DNA of 57,281 nucleotides, filler included, from Sphacelaria rigidula (taxonomy: Eukaryota), in NCBI GenBank assembly GCA_964200075.2. It is 7 parts of 7 records of this genome, joined end to end, with 100 filler letters (N's around TTAATTAATTAA, not from the genome) between each part and the next. Parts side by side here need not be neighbours in the genome. Positions count along the whole stretch, not along the records: positions 32,793 to 40,889 come from CAXNAA020012314.1; positions 40,990 to 49,085 come from CAXNAA020012315.1; positions 49,186 to 57,281 come from CAXNAA020012316.1; 4 more parts are not named here. One strand, 5' to 3'. Below, piece by piece: positions 38,511 through 50,191 of this stretch (position 1 is the first letter of the stretch; every line of letters starts with the position of its first letter). The notes below the pieces were generated by a model that was not told where the DNA came from, made no database searches, and saw nothing but the letters and a program-made list of their open reading frames with translations. Both the position numbers and the translations under genes were made by a program.

Positions 38511-38608
38511 CCCTTAGACCGCGAGGTTAGTCTTCTGTTGCATCGGCATCAATTTCAAGTGGAAAAAAGTATGCATGATCCAGAAAGACTAATCTCGCGG
38601 TCTAAGGG
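38511..38608. mobile_element. About 100-bp piggyBac-type MITE nested in the left TIR
   Basis: cccttagaccgcgaggttagtctt...aagactaatctcgcggtctaaggg (near-perfect 24-bp TIRs). Confidence 0.85.
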
Positions 38609-38740
38609 TGAAGAGAGTGCTACTGTCTGTAGGCGGATTTCAATACCTTGGAATGCCTTGCAGTACTCGTTGAGACGGTTCCAGCACACCTGTGCGTCTT
38701 TCCAGTGGCCGCAGTTTTTTTTGTTGGTCAAACTTTTCTT

Positions 38741-38803
38741 CTCTGAGACCGCTCATTCTTCTCTGAGACCGCTCATTCTTCTCTGAGACCGCTCATTCTT
38801 CTC
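38741..38803 (+). repeat. Short tandem repeat (ctctgagaccgctcattctt) x3
   Basis: Three perfect 20-nt copies. The opposite TIR has a single diverged equivalent. Confidence 0.92.
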
Positions 38804-38903
38804 GGAGATCGGTCAACTCCACGAAAACTTTCACACGTCGGACGAGCACGAGTGTGACTCGTGGCACTCGCACTCGTTGGGCTGCTCGTTGGCCGTAAAA
38901 ATT

Positions 38904-39800
38904 AATAGGGCGAGCACTCGAGCCATTGCTCGTTGTGGAAACAAAAGATAGGGCGAGTACTCGAGTCATTACTCGTTGTGGAAAAAAACTAATAGGGCGA
39001 GCACTCGAGTCATTACTCGTTGTGGAAAAAAACTAATAGGGCGAGCACTCGAGTTATTGCTCGTTGTGGAAAAAAAATAACCCCTTTGAGACCGAGCCTC
39101 CAGAACGACCAATGAGGCTGGTTAGGGATGACGTGTCTCGCGTCTGAACGAAACAGTGGCATGTTGCTGAAAATCCGCGTATATAACCGTAGGGTTTTGA
39201 GGAAGACCGAAAGTTTCATCCAATCTATTTTCAGGTGCAGGGTGCGCATTAGATAATGTACATCTGATGTAACAAGCAGTATGTGTCGCCTTCGAGAGCT
39301 TTCGACAGGATTTCACCTCGCCGTGATTGGGCAGGTCCCTCCCTGACTTAGTTTTGATTCTTCCACTAACACGTGGTCAACCCCGTGTTAGTGGGGGATC
39401 GGTCCCAAAAGGGTTCATAGGCCGAGGACTCGAGTCATTGCTCGTCGTGGAAAAAAATATTTGGGCGAGCACTCGAGTCATTGCTCGTTGTGGAAAAAGA
39501 ATATTAGGGCGAGCCCTCGGGTCATTGCTCTTCGTGGAAAAAACTAATAGGGTGAGAACTCGAGTCATTGCTCGTTGTGGAAACAAACTAATAGGGCGAG
39601 CACACTAGCCATTGCTTGTTGTGGAAACAAACTGATAGGGCGAGCACACGAGTCATTGCTCGTTGTGGAAACAAACTGATAGGGCGAGCACTCGATTTAT
39701 TGCTCGCTGTGGAAAAAAGTAATGACTCGAGCACACGAGTCATTGCTCGTTGTAAAAAAAAGAGCTGACTCGAGCACACAAGTCATGCTCGTTGTGTTTT
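38904..39800 (+). repeat. 43-44-bp minisatellite (about 11 copies plus degenerate ones), interrupted by an insertion
   Basis: Consensus AATAGGGCGAGCACTCGAGTCATTGCTCGTTGTGGAAAAAAACT; four copies at 38904-39078 and about seven at 39417-39718. Confidence 0.92.
39081..39413. mobile_element. 333-bp piggyBac-type MITE inserted in the minisatellite
   Basis: ataa|cccctttgagaccga ... tcggtcccaaaaggg|ttca; subterminal hairpin ccactaacacg...cgtgttagtgg at 39363-39394; the array resumes in register. Confidence 0.75.
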
Positions 39801-40122
39801 CAAAAAACATCCACGAGTGCACTCGTTTCGACGAGTAATGACTCGTCCGACGTGTGATAAAACTTCCGATTTTGTTTGTGAACTTGACCGGTCTCCGAGA
39901 ACAATGAACGGTCGTCGAGGAAAATAAAAGTTTGACCAAGAAAATTCCTCCGACCACGGGAAAAACGCACAGGTGTGCTGAAGCCGTCTCAATGAGTGCA
40001 ACAAGGCATTTCAAGGTGTCAAAATCCGCCTAGCTTTCGTCTAAAACGTACAACGACGCAGAAGCGCCAAAAAGACTGTTACCCAGATTTTTCTTTTAGG
40101 ATGCCATAAGAAGCGGCCTCAA

Positions 40123-40222
40123 CCCTTAGACCGCGAGGGCAGTCTATCTGGATCATGCATAATTTTCAAGTGAAATCGATGCCAATTCAACAGATGACCT
40201 ACTCTCTCTCGCTGTCTAAGGG
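40123..40222. mobile_element. About 100-bp piggyBac-type MITE copy
   Basis: cccttagaccgcgaggg...catgcat...ttcaagtg...ttcaacagatgacctactc...gtctaaggg. Confidence 0.8.
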
Positions 40223-40889
40223 CTTACCCTTAGGCAGCGACCCCCCCGCTGGTAGACTGAGGTAGACACCACACTTTTTGGGTTCAGAATCATTCCTTTG
40301 TCACAACTCAAAACGCCTACTCTACGGCGGAACGGACCGGGAGTGCATAAGAGGCACATAGTTGCGTCATAACACAGACGGTGGTGTGGTTGTCGATCAC
40401 CTGATTATTACGCCTCATATTTTTGCTGTGCAGTCTGTAGTGTATCGTGCCGCGGTTGCACGTGCGGTCTGCNNNNNNNNNNACGCAGCATGCGTTTGGA
40501 TATCGCACCATGACTACCGCCGCGAACGCCGCTGACTACCGTAGAGCAATTGCTCGGCGATGGCGGTCGCCTTACCGTCGAAGTAATTGCCTACATCTAC
40601 GTGCGTCGGACACTCGTGGCCGCCGCTTGCGTGTTGCGCCATGCATGATGTTTGATACCGGGTGGAGGTGTGGAGCTAGTACGACGCTCAGGCAGTACTG
40701 AACAGACAGACACAACAGTGTACCGAAGATGCTCAAATACCTACTTTTTGGTTACATAATCTATGGTTGATTTGGCATGCTCAAAATGAGTTATGAGGGT
40801 AGACAGCGAATGTGTCTACCAAGTGTCTACCTCTACCGTAAGAAAAGTGCTCATTTTGATGACCGTGATTGGTCAGAATGGTCATCCCG

Positions 40890-40989
40890 NNNNNNNNNNN
40901 NNNNNNNNNNNNNNNNNNNNNNNNNNNNNNNNNTTAATTAATTAANNNNNNNNNNNNNNNNNNNNNNNNNNNNNNNNNNNNNNNNNNNN
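40890..40989. other. Artificial contig linker
   Basis: N44-TTAATTAATTAA-N44. Confidence 0.98.
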
Positions 40990-41665
40990 CAGGCAGAAGA
41001 AATCGTGAATTTGGTGATTTTGAGTCGTGATGATTTGTCCTAACCGTGGATTGTTTCTATCGGTCGAAGATATATACATCTCCACGCGCGGCACTGTCAG
41101 CTTAAGCTAAAGTCCCAACTGTGACAAGGGTGTATGGTGTGCGCTCCAGCAGGCTCTTTACGACATGTAAGCCGTCTAAAATCAATCGCCTATCAGCTTC
41201 GCAGCTCTTATTTTGGAAAGTTTTGCGTGTAATATGAGTCTAGCTTTTTTGACGGCAATCGGGGTGAATACATAGTGCTATCTCACCATGCCATGTTCTA
41301 CTCACCCGTTCTAGAAAACATCCTTTTCACACGTGGCATGGTGTTTAATTCACCACAAGTCTGCCTGGTGTACGGTGTGCTTCTCCAGGGCACCAAAATG
41401 TTCCCCCCCCCCCAACTCCGCCCTCCCCCTCCCCAGATTATTTCTACCCTCAAATTTCCGCAGGTATTTGTTCATAACTCGATGTATATTTACTCGTGAT
41501 TCTACGGTCAACATTAACAAGAACATCACCGATAGCGCCTGCAAGACGATGAACATGACCTCTCCCCCCTCCTGATTTATGCCGGCGGTGCGATGATGAA
41601 AACGATGGCCACAACACGCTAACGCCAAAAACGACACGTTGGCGATAACCATGGGGTGTCAACAG

Positions 41666-41890
41666 CTCCGCAGCGACGAGTCACCTCTGTCGTCGGTTGA
41701 CAGCGGCATGAGTGACAAAAGGGAGCACGACAAAATGGATGTTGGGGGCGAGGACGTGAACAACGGTCGTATGGGCAACCCCACGGGAAGGGACAATGTT
41801 CAGGAGCAGCAGACGACCTTGGTGGCGTTTTACGGTGCGCAGGAGATGGGGCTGACCATGCCTATCGAAGGAGACATTCCACTTCTTCAG
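41666..41890 (+). CDS. Probable coding exon, unknown protein
   Basis: aacag|LRSDESPLSSVDSGMSDKREHDKMDVGGEDVNNGRMGNPTGRDNVQEQQTTLVAFYGAQEMGLTMPIEGDIPLLQ|gtatgt. Phase-0 end is compatible with exon 46825-46920. The 5' boundary is uncertain. Confidence 0.45.
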
Positions 41891-42274
41891 GTATGTTCAA
41901 GTGTCGATTGTCGAGTCGCATCTGACAAGGGCAAATGTGGCTTGTGCTCCAGGATGAGCACAAGAAGTTGAGGATGACGGGTGGGAGTTGGATGCAGTCG
42001 CTGATGCTGATTTCTGCTCTGGGCGGAAAGTGTGTAAATTGTGGGGAGTAAAGGGCGAAAGTGTAGGTTGATCCCCCCCCCCCCGCGCGCCCGATGTACG
42101 TTATCACCCACTTTGTTCAAGGTATTTATCAATGACCTGATTTTAGCGATAGAAGCAGAAAATCAAGGACTAAAGGTGGATGAAGATGTGATATTAGATT
42201 TGATGTTCGCTGATAATTTTGTGGGAATTTCAGGAAGAACAAAAGGATTGCAAAAATAATCAAAACATGCTCTA

Positions 42275-43755
42275 CAGGCTGATTCACGCAGAAGACCCAA
42301 AATTCTGTCATCAGCAAATGCCTTCCGCGATACGCACCCAATAGTCGTATACATAGTATCATACTGACCGTAATGAACAGACGAAGAGGGTGATATAGGC
42401 GGGGGTTTTGTCTGTGGCTAATGCCGTGGCGCTATGGACAAAAATGTGTCTCGACCGATCAGCGCCTTTTAAATTGTTCCAAAATTGAAAAACACGAATT
42501 CCAAGCCCAATTTCCACCGAATCTCCACATACTTCAAATCGTGATAACCGTCATCAGCTTGGAAATTTAACTGGAGAAACATGTTTAGAAACGGTTCCAA
42601 TGGGGTCGAATTATGCCCGAAACCAAGATGTTTTGGTGATATGAGTTTCAGCGTCGTCTAGTTTCCACCTCTGATACGTACGCAACACCCAGGAAGCCTC
42701 GTGACGATTTCCCTTATATATGGTGTAGAAAAGGTCGGATCATCCTCAACCTTGGCACTTACGTAGGTATTGATGCTCCAAATAGGAAAATTGTGTCCTT
42801 TGGCAAGATTTCAAAGCTTTTCCGTTCTCTACCGGCTTCCGGGGGTCCCAATATAAAAATCCCCAGAAGGCGGCACATACTGCCTCAAGAGAAGAAAAGA
42901 AACATAATGCGTCCCGGGATATTCCAACAGACACATGTACAGAGTTCGATCGAGGATCTCAAAAATTTCGCATAGTTTTTCTTGCCTTGACGTGAAATTC
43001 ACCCATAAAAGACGTTTTATACTAGAAGCAAGTAGTCGGGAGTCCTCGCACAAACGCGCACACCTTCACGCAGTTATTAGGAGTTAGATCCTAAGACTTC
43101 ACAAAAATGTGCTACGGGTCATTACGCAAGTTTTGATTGCCGAGGTTTTATTACTTCTTGACTTTTTTACCGTTTTTCGGGGGTCCAACGAGATCCAAGT
43201 CGTCACTATTCGGGGACCCCGGAAAACCGGCGAAATGCTTAATTTATTCATTTTTTTCGCAACGCCCTGTCACGTCCAAACCCAAAAAAGTTTCGTGGCC
43301 AAATTCGATCAACCCATGCTTTAATTTTGATGTGAACGTCAAAGAAGGCCACAAAACACCATTTTCGTACTAAAATCTAGTAGTTGGCGCTTTCACCGTG
43401 ACACGACAAGGTTCACCGTACAAACGCGAAAAACTTCACGCTGTTTTGAGAAGTTAGACCCTCAAATTTGCACAAATGTACTTCGGGTAATTACGCGACT
43501 TTGGATGGACGAGGTTTTCCGATTTTTTTTCTTTGGCCGTTTTACGGGGGTCCGACTGGATCAAAGTTTCCCCGCAACAACGGAGATCCCCCGAAAAACG
43601 GTGAAAAAATTCAAGAAGTAACAAGGAACCTCGACCATTGAAGGTTGCATAATGATCCATCAAACATTTGTGCAAAATATCAGGGTTTGACTCCTTCAAA
43701 GAGCGTGAAGTTTCGCTGATGAGTGATTTTTAGGTCTTTTCCGTGAACTAGCCTG
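42275..43755. mobile_element. 1481-bp non-autonomous Tc1/mariner-type element (TA TSD) inserted in the LINE RT
   Basis: ta|caggctgattcacgcagaagacccaaaa ... ttttaggtcttttccgtgaactagcctg|ta. Removing it restores the frame HA-L-EYTRKW. Internal inverted repeat at about 43151-43240 / 43532-43620. Confidence 0.88.
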
Positions 43756-44721
43756 TAGAATACACTAGGAAATGGAGAGTGACAGCAAACGTTAACAAAT
43801 GCGCGGTACTCGTTTGTAACGAAGATGAAAAAAGTAAGGTAAATGCCAAATGGAAGTGGGGAGAAGAGGAACTGCCGATCGTAGACCACTATCCATACCT
43901 TGGTGTGGAGATGTCAAGAAACTGTTTTGGGGATGCACACATTAATAAGTAATAGAAAAAGGTAAGGCACAAATACGCAGGATGGACGTGGTCCTCAGAG
44001 ACTCGCATCTAGACACTTGAATCAAGAGATGTATCCTAATGAACGTGATCGTACCAAAGCTAGAATATGCAGGAAAAGTATGGAAGGGGAACGTGAAGTT
44101 GGCGAAGAAGTTGGACACAGTACAGATGGCAGCAGCTAAGAAGATACTGGGATGCCCGAAAACGGCGAGTAATACAGTATTGAGAGCAGAGTTGGGAATG
44201 TACGCACTTAAAACACGCAGGTTCACGAAGAAATTGAGGTGGCGATATAGCTATAAAGAATATGCAGATGAAGAGATTGCCAGCTATGGTTGACAGGACT
44301 GTATGGAAGAAAAGTACAAGAGGGCATGCTGTAATAAGGTGGGATAGAGAAGTCCAGAAAGTATGGACGGAGATAAAAGGAAGCAAGGACGAAATATTGT
44401 CCATAGATGAAGGCGCCGGGTATAAAACACTCGTAAAAGACATGGTGGAAAGAAGGGGAAAAGGAGCGCTGAGACGCAAAGCAGACGAGGAAGAACACCT
44501 GAAGATATACGGGGGGGTTCAGAGAGGGGATCGGGATGAAAACATTTCGGCATGGCCCAATGGACGCGGCAAAAAATATGAAAGTGCGATTTCGGGTGGG
44601 GGACCTGAACCTGCCGTAAAGAAGGAGATATACCAGTTGTCGTGTGGAGGAGGAAGCAGATGCACAGAACTGCCCCTGTGGCCAAGCAATAGAGAGCGTA
44701 AGTCATATAGTGGCAGAATGT

Positions 44722-45370
44722 GAACTATACAAGGAGGAACGGGACGTGCGAGAGGGAGAAATGCGGGACGTGAACGAAGGTGGCATGGAACCGTTTGATG
44801 CATTAGACAGTAAGGAGAAAACGATGGCTATACTGGGAGATGGTGGCCACAGATTGCGGAACAGGACGGGGATAAGATGTAAAAGGTCTTCGTGCAATGT
44901 ATGGAAGAAACGTAATGAGCGCCGGAATGTTGAAGGTGACTCTATCAGGAGTAGGAACGGTGCTCCGTCTCGAAAGGGATGCGTTGTCAATGGTCAAACG
45001 ACTAAGGCAAGCAAAAAATGAGTGCGCTCTCCCCCCCGCCCCACTCCGAACTATACAAGGAGGAACGGGACGTGCTGGAGGGGGAAATGCGGGACGTGCA
45101 CGAAGGTGGTATGGAATCGTTCGATGGCAGTAGCGAAAAAAACGATGGCTATAATGGGAGATAGATGGTGGCCACAGACTGCGGAACAGGACGGGGATAA
45201 GATGTAAAAGGTTTTTGTGCAATGTATGGAAGAAACGTAGTGAGCGCCGGAATGTTGAAGGTGACTCTATCAGGAGTAGAAACGGTGCTCCGTCTCGAAA
45301 GGGATGCGTGGTCAATGGTCAAACGACTAAGGCAAGCAAAAAATGAGTGCGCCCTCCCCCCCACCCCCTC
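44722..45370 (+). repeat. Tandem duplication (326-nt offset) of the LINE 3' end
   Basis: gaactatacaaggaggaacgggacgtgc...gcaagcaaaaaatgagtgcgc.ctccccccc at 44722-45047 and 45048-45370. Confidence 0.95.
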
Positions 45371-46824
45371 GTGCGCACTGATTGAAGACCCCTGGTATTT
45401 CTGTAGCTTTACTTGAGCTGTATGTGCGAAGGTAAGTCGCTGTGGCTTTCTCAGGAGATTATTTCAGAGTATGGTACTTGACTATTCGGGGCGTACGATG
45501 GCCATCGTATCGCCTGCACGCTTCAGCGACCTTACCTCACTGGGTTCGTTGGCTGCAAGAGGTACCGATGTCGAGTAGAACCGTGCTCGTGTCTTATCGG
45601 GTATTATTTTGTTTGTTCGCATGCGGGTTTCAAACATCTGCACAATGTTGGAAACTATTCATCTTCGCAGTTGAGCTTATCGAACCGCCTACCTGCGTGC
45701 AGTATTTTGCGCACTGAGGTTATCCGTGATTCTCTCATGAACGCGAATTAACACACAGTGCGCAGTACGTCCATTTTCCGCGCTGACGCAAGCTAGTACC
45801 CGCACGTGGGAAAGATAACGGTAAAACAGTACCCCTGAAGAAGGGAACAGTTTTCACAGCCGTTCCTTGTACAAGACAACACCTTGGCTTCAAGTTGCCG
45901 AGAGGCGGTAAAATGGTCCCCTGTGTGCTTGGGTTGGCTCACGGTACCAAGCGGTCATGAACAGTCTCTATATGTTCGGGTTGAAGCTACCAAGAGTCTC
46001 ATTCCACGATGCTAAGCTCTCATGTAGTAGCTTCGAGTGGGTCACAGCAGTAGTCTAAAGTGATACTGCCACCCACATTACACATACTAACCGCGCGATC
46101 GACCGGTTCCTGTGATCATGAATTGCATGTCCCTGGCAGCTACAAAATCGTATCACGGCGTGCCTGGAGACGGCGGTGAGCACCTACACCGACTGCCCCG
46201 AGGTGAGCTGTGCTTGAAGACGTCTGCACAACAGTCGTCCTTTGCAGTACTCAACTGATGAGTGCTGAGTGATCTTGATGTTGTTTGTCTTGAGGATTCC
46301 TTATTGTTTGGTGTAGCACGAGTTGTGTTGAGCACTGAGTCCTGTGGTATTAACATCAGTGCATTGTAGACACGGTATTGTAGACAGATATCGCGCGACC
46401 GGGGATGCCCTTTCCATTTTTGGCGTTTATTGTGGCGCGAAAAGGTGACGCTCGGGCAGAGTTTATGTTGGAGTTTGTTCTGCGTTTGTTGCGATCTGCC
46501 GCAACATCACCACGAACATGTGCTCTTGCTGAGTATTTGTCAACCGGATAGGGTTGAAATATTCCTTGCACCTGGAGTTTACGTGAGTATGTCAAAAGTT
46601 TCGGAAGTGTGCGAGTGACCTACCTCCCCCATCATGTGACCACGGCTATATCCATAGGGGAATAGTTGCGAGTGCGACAATCAACCATTCGAATCTATCG
46701 AATCAATCGTGTATCATTTGTCGAACGATTTCATCTTTCACCCACATGCTCGCCATGCATGCGTTTTTGTCATCCTCCTGTCATCTCAACTCTCGTATTC
46801 GTATGTGTGTATGTCATTGTCCAG

Positions 46825-46920
46825 GCGGCCGCGACTCTTCGAAAAGCGGCCGCGCTTTGTCGAGAGAGCCTGCGAGAGAGCGTCACCCTGCTGAGGAAGA
46901 TAGAACGCACAGCAGAGCAG
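46825..46920 (+). CDS. Probable 96-nt coding exon (helical), unknown protein
   Basis: tgtccag|AAATLRKAAALCRESLRESVTLLRKIERTAEQ|gtgcac; GC-rich, phase 0/0. Confidence 0.5.
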
Positions 46921-49085
46921 GTGCACGCTAGTTTATAGGGGTAGTTGAGACAGTGTCCGAATGTAAAACGGTGTATGTTGAAAACGTTTGCGTGTCTCCG
47001 GGCGAAAGCATACAGCTCACATGGTACGAAATTAGATTCAGAGGTACAAACTCCTGACTACTTGAGTTCAGTATTGAAACCAATTTTTCGAGTACGTTCA
47101 AGGTTGTAACGACCCCATTGCATCAGTTAATCGAGTTACGCATCGAAACCTTCCATAAATGCCTCTTGGACTACCCCGGGATGCGATCATCTTTGTTTCT
47201 TGTTTTAAAGCGTTCTGTACCGACTTCTGAGGGTATTCACGTTGGGACCCTCGGAAGCCGGTAATGAGCGAAGAAAAATCGGAATAATTTTCCACAATAC
47301 ATGCTTCATCTGGAACAGCGATGCCTACGAAACTGCCAAGTCGAGAATGCTCTGAGCTATTCTACGACAGACATGAGGAAACCATGAGGAGGCTTTCTGG
47401 GCTTTTTGGTGCACATAATCCATGGCATCCGAGGACGCCACTATCCCACATCACCGAAATGGTACGGTGTAAGGTATAATTCGATCTCATAGTCATCGTT
47501 TCCAACTTTGTTCTCCCCGTTCGATTTCCGAGCTGATAGTGCTTGCTTCGATCTAAGGCATGTGGAGGTGAGGTAGACATGGAACAGTTTGAAGGGCGCT
47601 GATTGGTCGAGGCATGTGTTCATCCTCAGCGCCACCGCTGTGTCCTAAAATGAAGATATCGGATATGTCTCCTTCGCAAGCTGCCCATGGCGGTCAGAAT
47701 GATTCCATGTATGCGACTATTGAGTAGGTAGTGCGAAGGACATTTGCCGATTATTGAGTTTTGGGTAAGAAGAGTGTGAGCCAGCCTGTGTACGTGTCTT
47801 CTTGCCGTTCTCACTCCTGCTGTGACCACTCACCTTACTCGGGACGAATCCGTGGTTTAATTGGAAACCACGCTGGTAACGTGGGAAGTTGTTGGGTGAT
47901 ACCCCCCCCCTGAATGTTTTACGGCTGGTCGAACTTGTTGACGCATCCGACTGGAATCCAAATGGCATTTTTCAGGTCCTGCATCACCGGGGCGCGGCGG
48001 CCACTGGCCTATTATATGTCCATGTATCGTTTTACTTTTTTCACCACTTTTGCCGTGTTTCCTCAGAGGCGGCAAGACATCTTATCACGCGCTTTCTTTA
48101 GCAGTGCACGAAGAAGGTACAGCGGTACATTACCTTTCAGGTTTGGGTGTCATCTGATACCTGTGGCGCGTGTTCTGGCCATCGAAAGTCGCCCACACTG
48201 GCTCTTTTTTGCGGGGTGTCGATCCCGAACCACAAAAGCCTGTTCATGGCGGGGGATTTCTTCGCGTTCTCGTTGATTCGACAGTACGAAGACAGCGGTT
48301 ATGTAGCGAATGTCACGAGAACATGAAGGTAAAGCAGTCGAAAACAATTGAAGATTGCCTTGGCCTTGGCCTTAGTCACCACCAAAACCAAGACCGTGCA
48401 ATGAGCTGTTGGCCAGTTGAACAAGGCACGCACGTGGGCGAACGTCCTCACTGTGGGTCAGCTGTGCTCGACAAGCGCAGGGGGGTGATGAAATCCCTGT
48501 GGTCATGCAACCTGTGACAGAGAGTTCCCTCAAAGGATGCACCTGTGTGAAGTACTGGAGCAGGAATGTCCGTGTGACGGGGATGACAGATATGTCTTTG
48601 TGACAAGGATGCATCCCTCCACCAGTACTTCACCGAGGGGGCTTGAAGAAATGTACGTAAACAATGGTTGATGCTGTGGAGATGTCACCAACCCTAACGC
48701 CAACCCTAGCACTAACATCGACCAAGGCAAACAGAAAACTCTCGGGCAAGGGGAGTGCAGTTTCGTAGCTACTGTAGAGCGTGCGTTGCGAGAGCTCGAA
48801 TCGACGCCTTTCAAGAGCTCAAATCGACGCCTTTGAGCCGATTTTGGACCAAAACACGTTCTGGACGACCTGGTTCTACTGCTCACCACTGCTCACCTGC
48901 CCCAAATCATGATTTTTCTCAGAAATTTCTTTAGTCATTCTTCAGTACCCCAGACCCCATTCTGGATGGGTGGGTACCCCGCTGATCAGATGGATAATGA
49001 CGATAGTAGGCTCTGTACTATGCAGCACGTGCCTGAACGGCTTTTCCCGGCTTGTGCAGGCTTGTGTACAAGCTGTGTATGCTAT

Positions 49086-49185
49086 NNNNNNNNNNNNNNN
49101 NNNNNNNNNNNNNNNNNNNNNNNNNNNNNTTAATTAATTAANNNNNNNNNNNNNNNNNNNNNNNNNNNNNNNNNNNNNNNNNNNN
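49086..49185. other. Artificial contig linker
   Basis: N44-TTAATTAATTAA-N44. Confidence 0.98.
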
Positions 49186-49833
49186 ACTACTTTGCCACGT
49201 ACTGGTGTATACACATAGTAGTAACAGCGAGTGAGCCGATAATCGAGACTGTCGCATAGAAATACAGCGGTAAAAGGTCGCCGATATGCCGTGGAAACGG
49301 CAGGGGAGCGGGTAAAACAAAAAAGAGGACGGGATGGATCAGGTATTTTCACGTGGCCACAATCATGATGAGGGAGGGAGGGGAACTCTGAGGAGACGCG
49401 GGGACGGCATGGGACGGCAAGTGCCGCCCCGAAAATTCATCGGGACCGGCCAGACAATCCGAAATTGATGTCGTCACCTTTCGCGCCCGTCTGATCTGTG
49501 ACTTGCGTCCGATCCAGCAATAATCGCGTGAGAGTCTTACTTTCGCAGTCCTGTTCAATGGTGGTCATGTGAGACTTTCACTTTCACCGTCCTGAACGAA
49601 GGTGATCATGTGAGAGCTTGCCCTGTGTGCGTGAAAAGCCCTGGTTTTCCCCGTCTACAGGAGTGGAAAGGAAACAACGCACCCTCTTTGGAAGTTTGGA
49701 AGTTTCCAAAGAACTATCATCGTCAAGTACGACCTTCAAACCTTTGGTATTTCAATGGAATGTTGTACGTATTCAAAGATCAAAACCAACCGTCAAGAGT
49801 CGAGATACCAACACTCACAACACTACCCGCAGG

Positions 49834-50191
49834 TTGTGTGTTGTGTGTGTGTTGTCATCCCATCTATTCCGGACGCCGGTCTACACAATTCGGTATATGT
49901 GGGCGCACCAGACGGGGTCACACAGGAGGAAGGCCAACACAGGATTTTTTTTTTAGTTCTCCACCTTCCTTCTGCGGTGCTTGCCTTTATTTTTATCGCG
50001 AGAAAGGTTGAGCAGTCCCTTTCCCTCGTCGACCGTGAAGTCGAATTTTGTGTACCCGCGACAGAATCGCTCTACACCGTTGGGCATTGTGTGAAAAAAA
50101 ATCCCAGATCGTATGACTGCACCGAGATTCGTACCGACGGCCCAACCGTCGAAGGTTTCGAGGTTTCAAACTGAGCCACCGGGGCGACCGG
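49834..50191 (-). mobile_element. tRNA-derived SINE, family 1 (full length)
   Basis: Colinear with 23101-23477; head ccggtcgccccggtggctcagttt on the minus strand, (CA)n-rich tail. Confidence 0.85.

Larger units (their letters stand above)
38431..40122. mobile_element. Fold-back (long-TIR, Mutator/FB-like) non-autonomous element enclosing a minisatellite
   Basis: 38431-38846 (ttgagccacttcttatggca...taggcggattt...cagcacacctgtgcgt...ttggtcaaactttt...tcacacgtcggacgag) is the diverged reverse complement of 39842-40122. No coding capacity seen. Confidence 0.78.
42088..45370 (+). mobile_element. 5'-truncated, decayed non-LTR retrotransposon (LINE): RT C-terminal half plus Cys/His knuckle, 3' end duplicated
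   Basis: LSPTLFKVFINDL...LMFADNFVGIS (FADD motif decayed) at 42100-42235. After the insertion: EYTRKWRVTANVNKCAV...YPYLGV...PKLEYAGKVW...KLDTVQMAAAKKILG...SNTVLRAELG, then CPCGQAIESVSHIVAEC at 44671-44721. Confidence 0.93.

Noticed and set aside
38904..39800. CRISPR array (regular palindromic repeats)
   Set aside because: Units are head-to-tail with no unique spacers, no cas genes are present, and the context is a eukaryotic TE. It is a minisatellite.
45000..45370. LINE as the mobilising partner of the SINEs
   Set aside because: No visible similarity between the LINE 3' end and either SINE tail.
47600..48300. Decayed coding-like sequence on the minus strand
   Set aside because: Many stops and no recognisable transposase, viral or TnpB/Fanzor motif.
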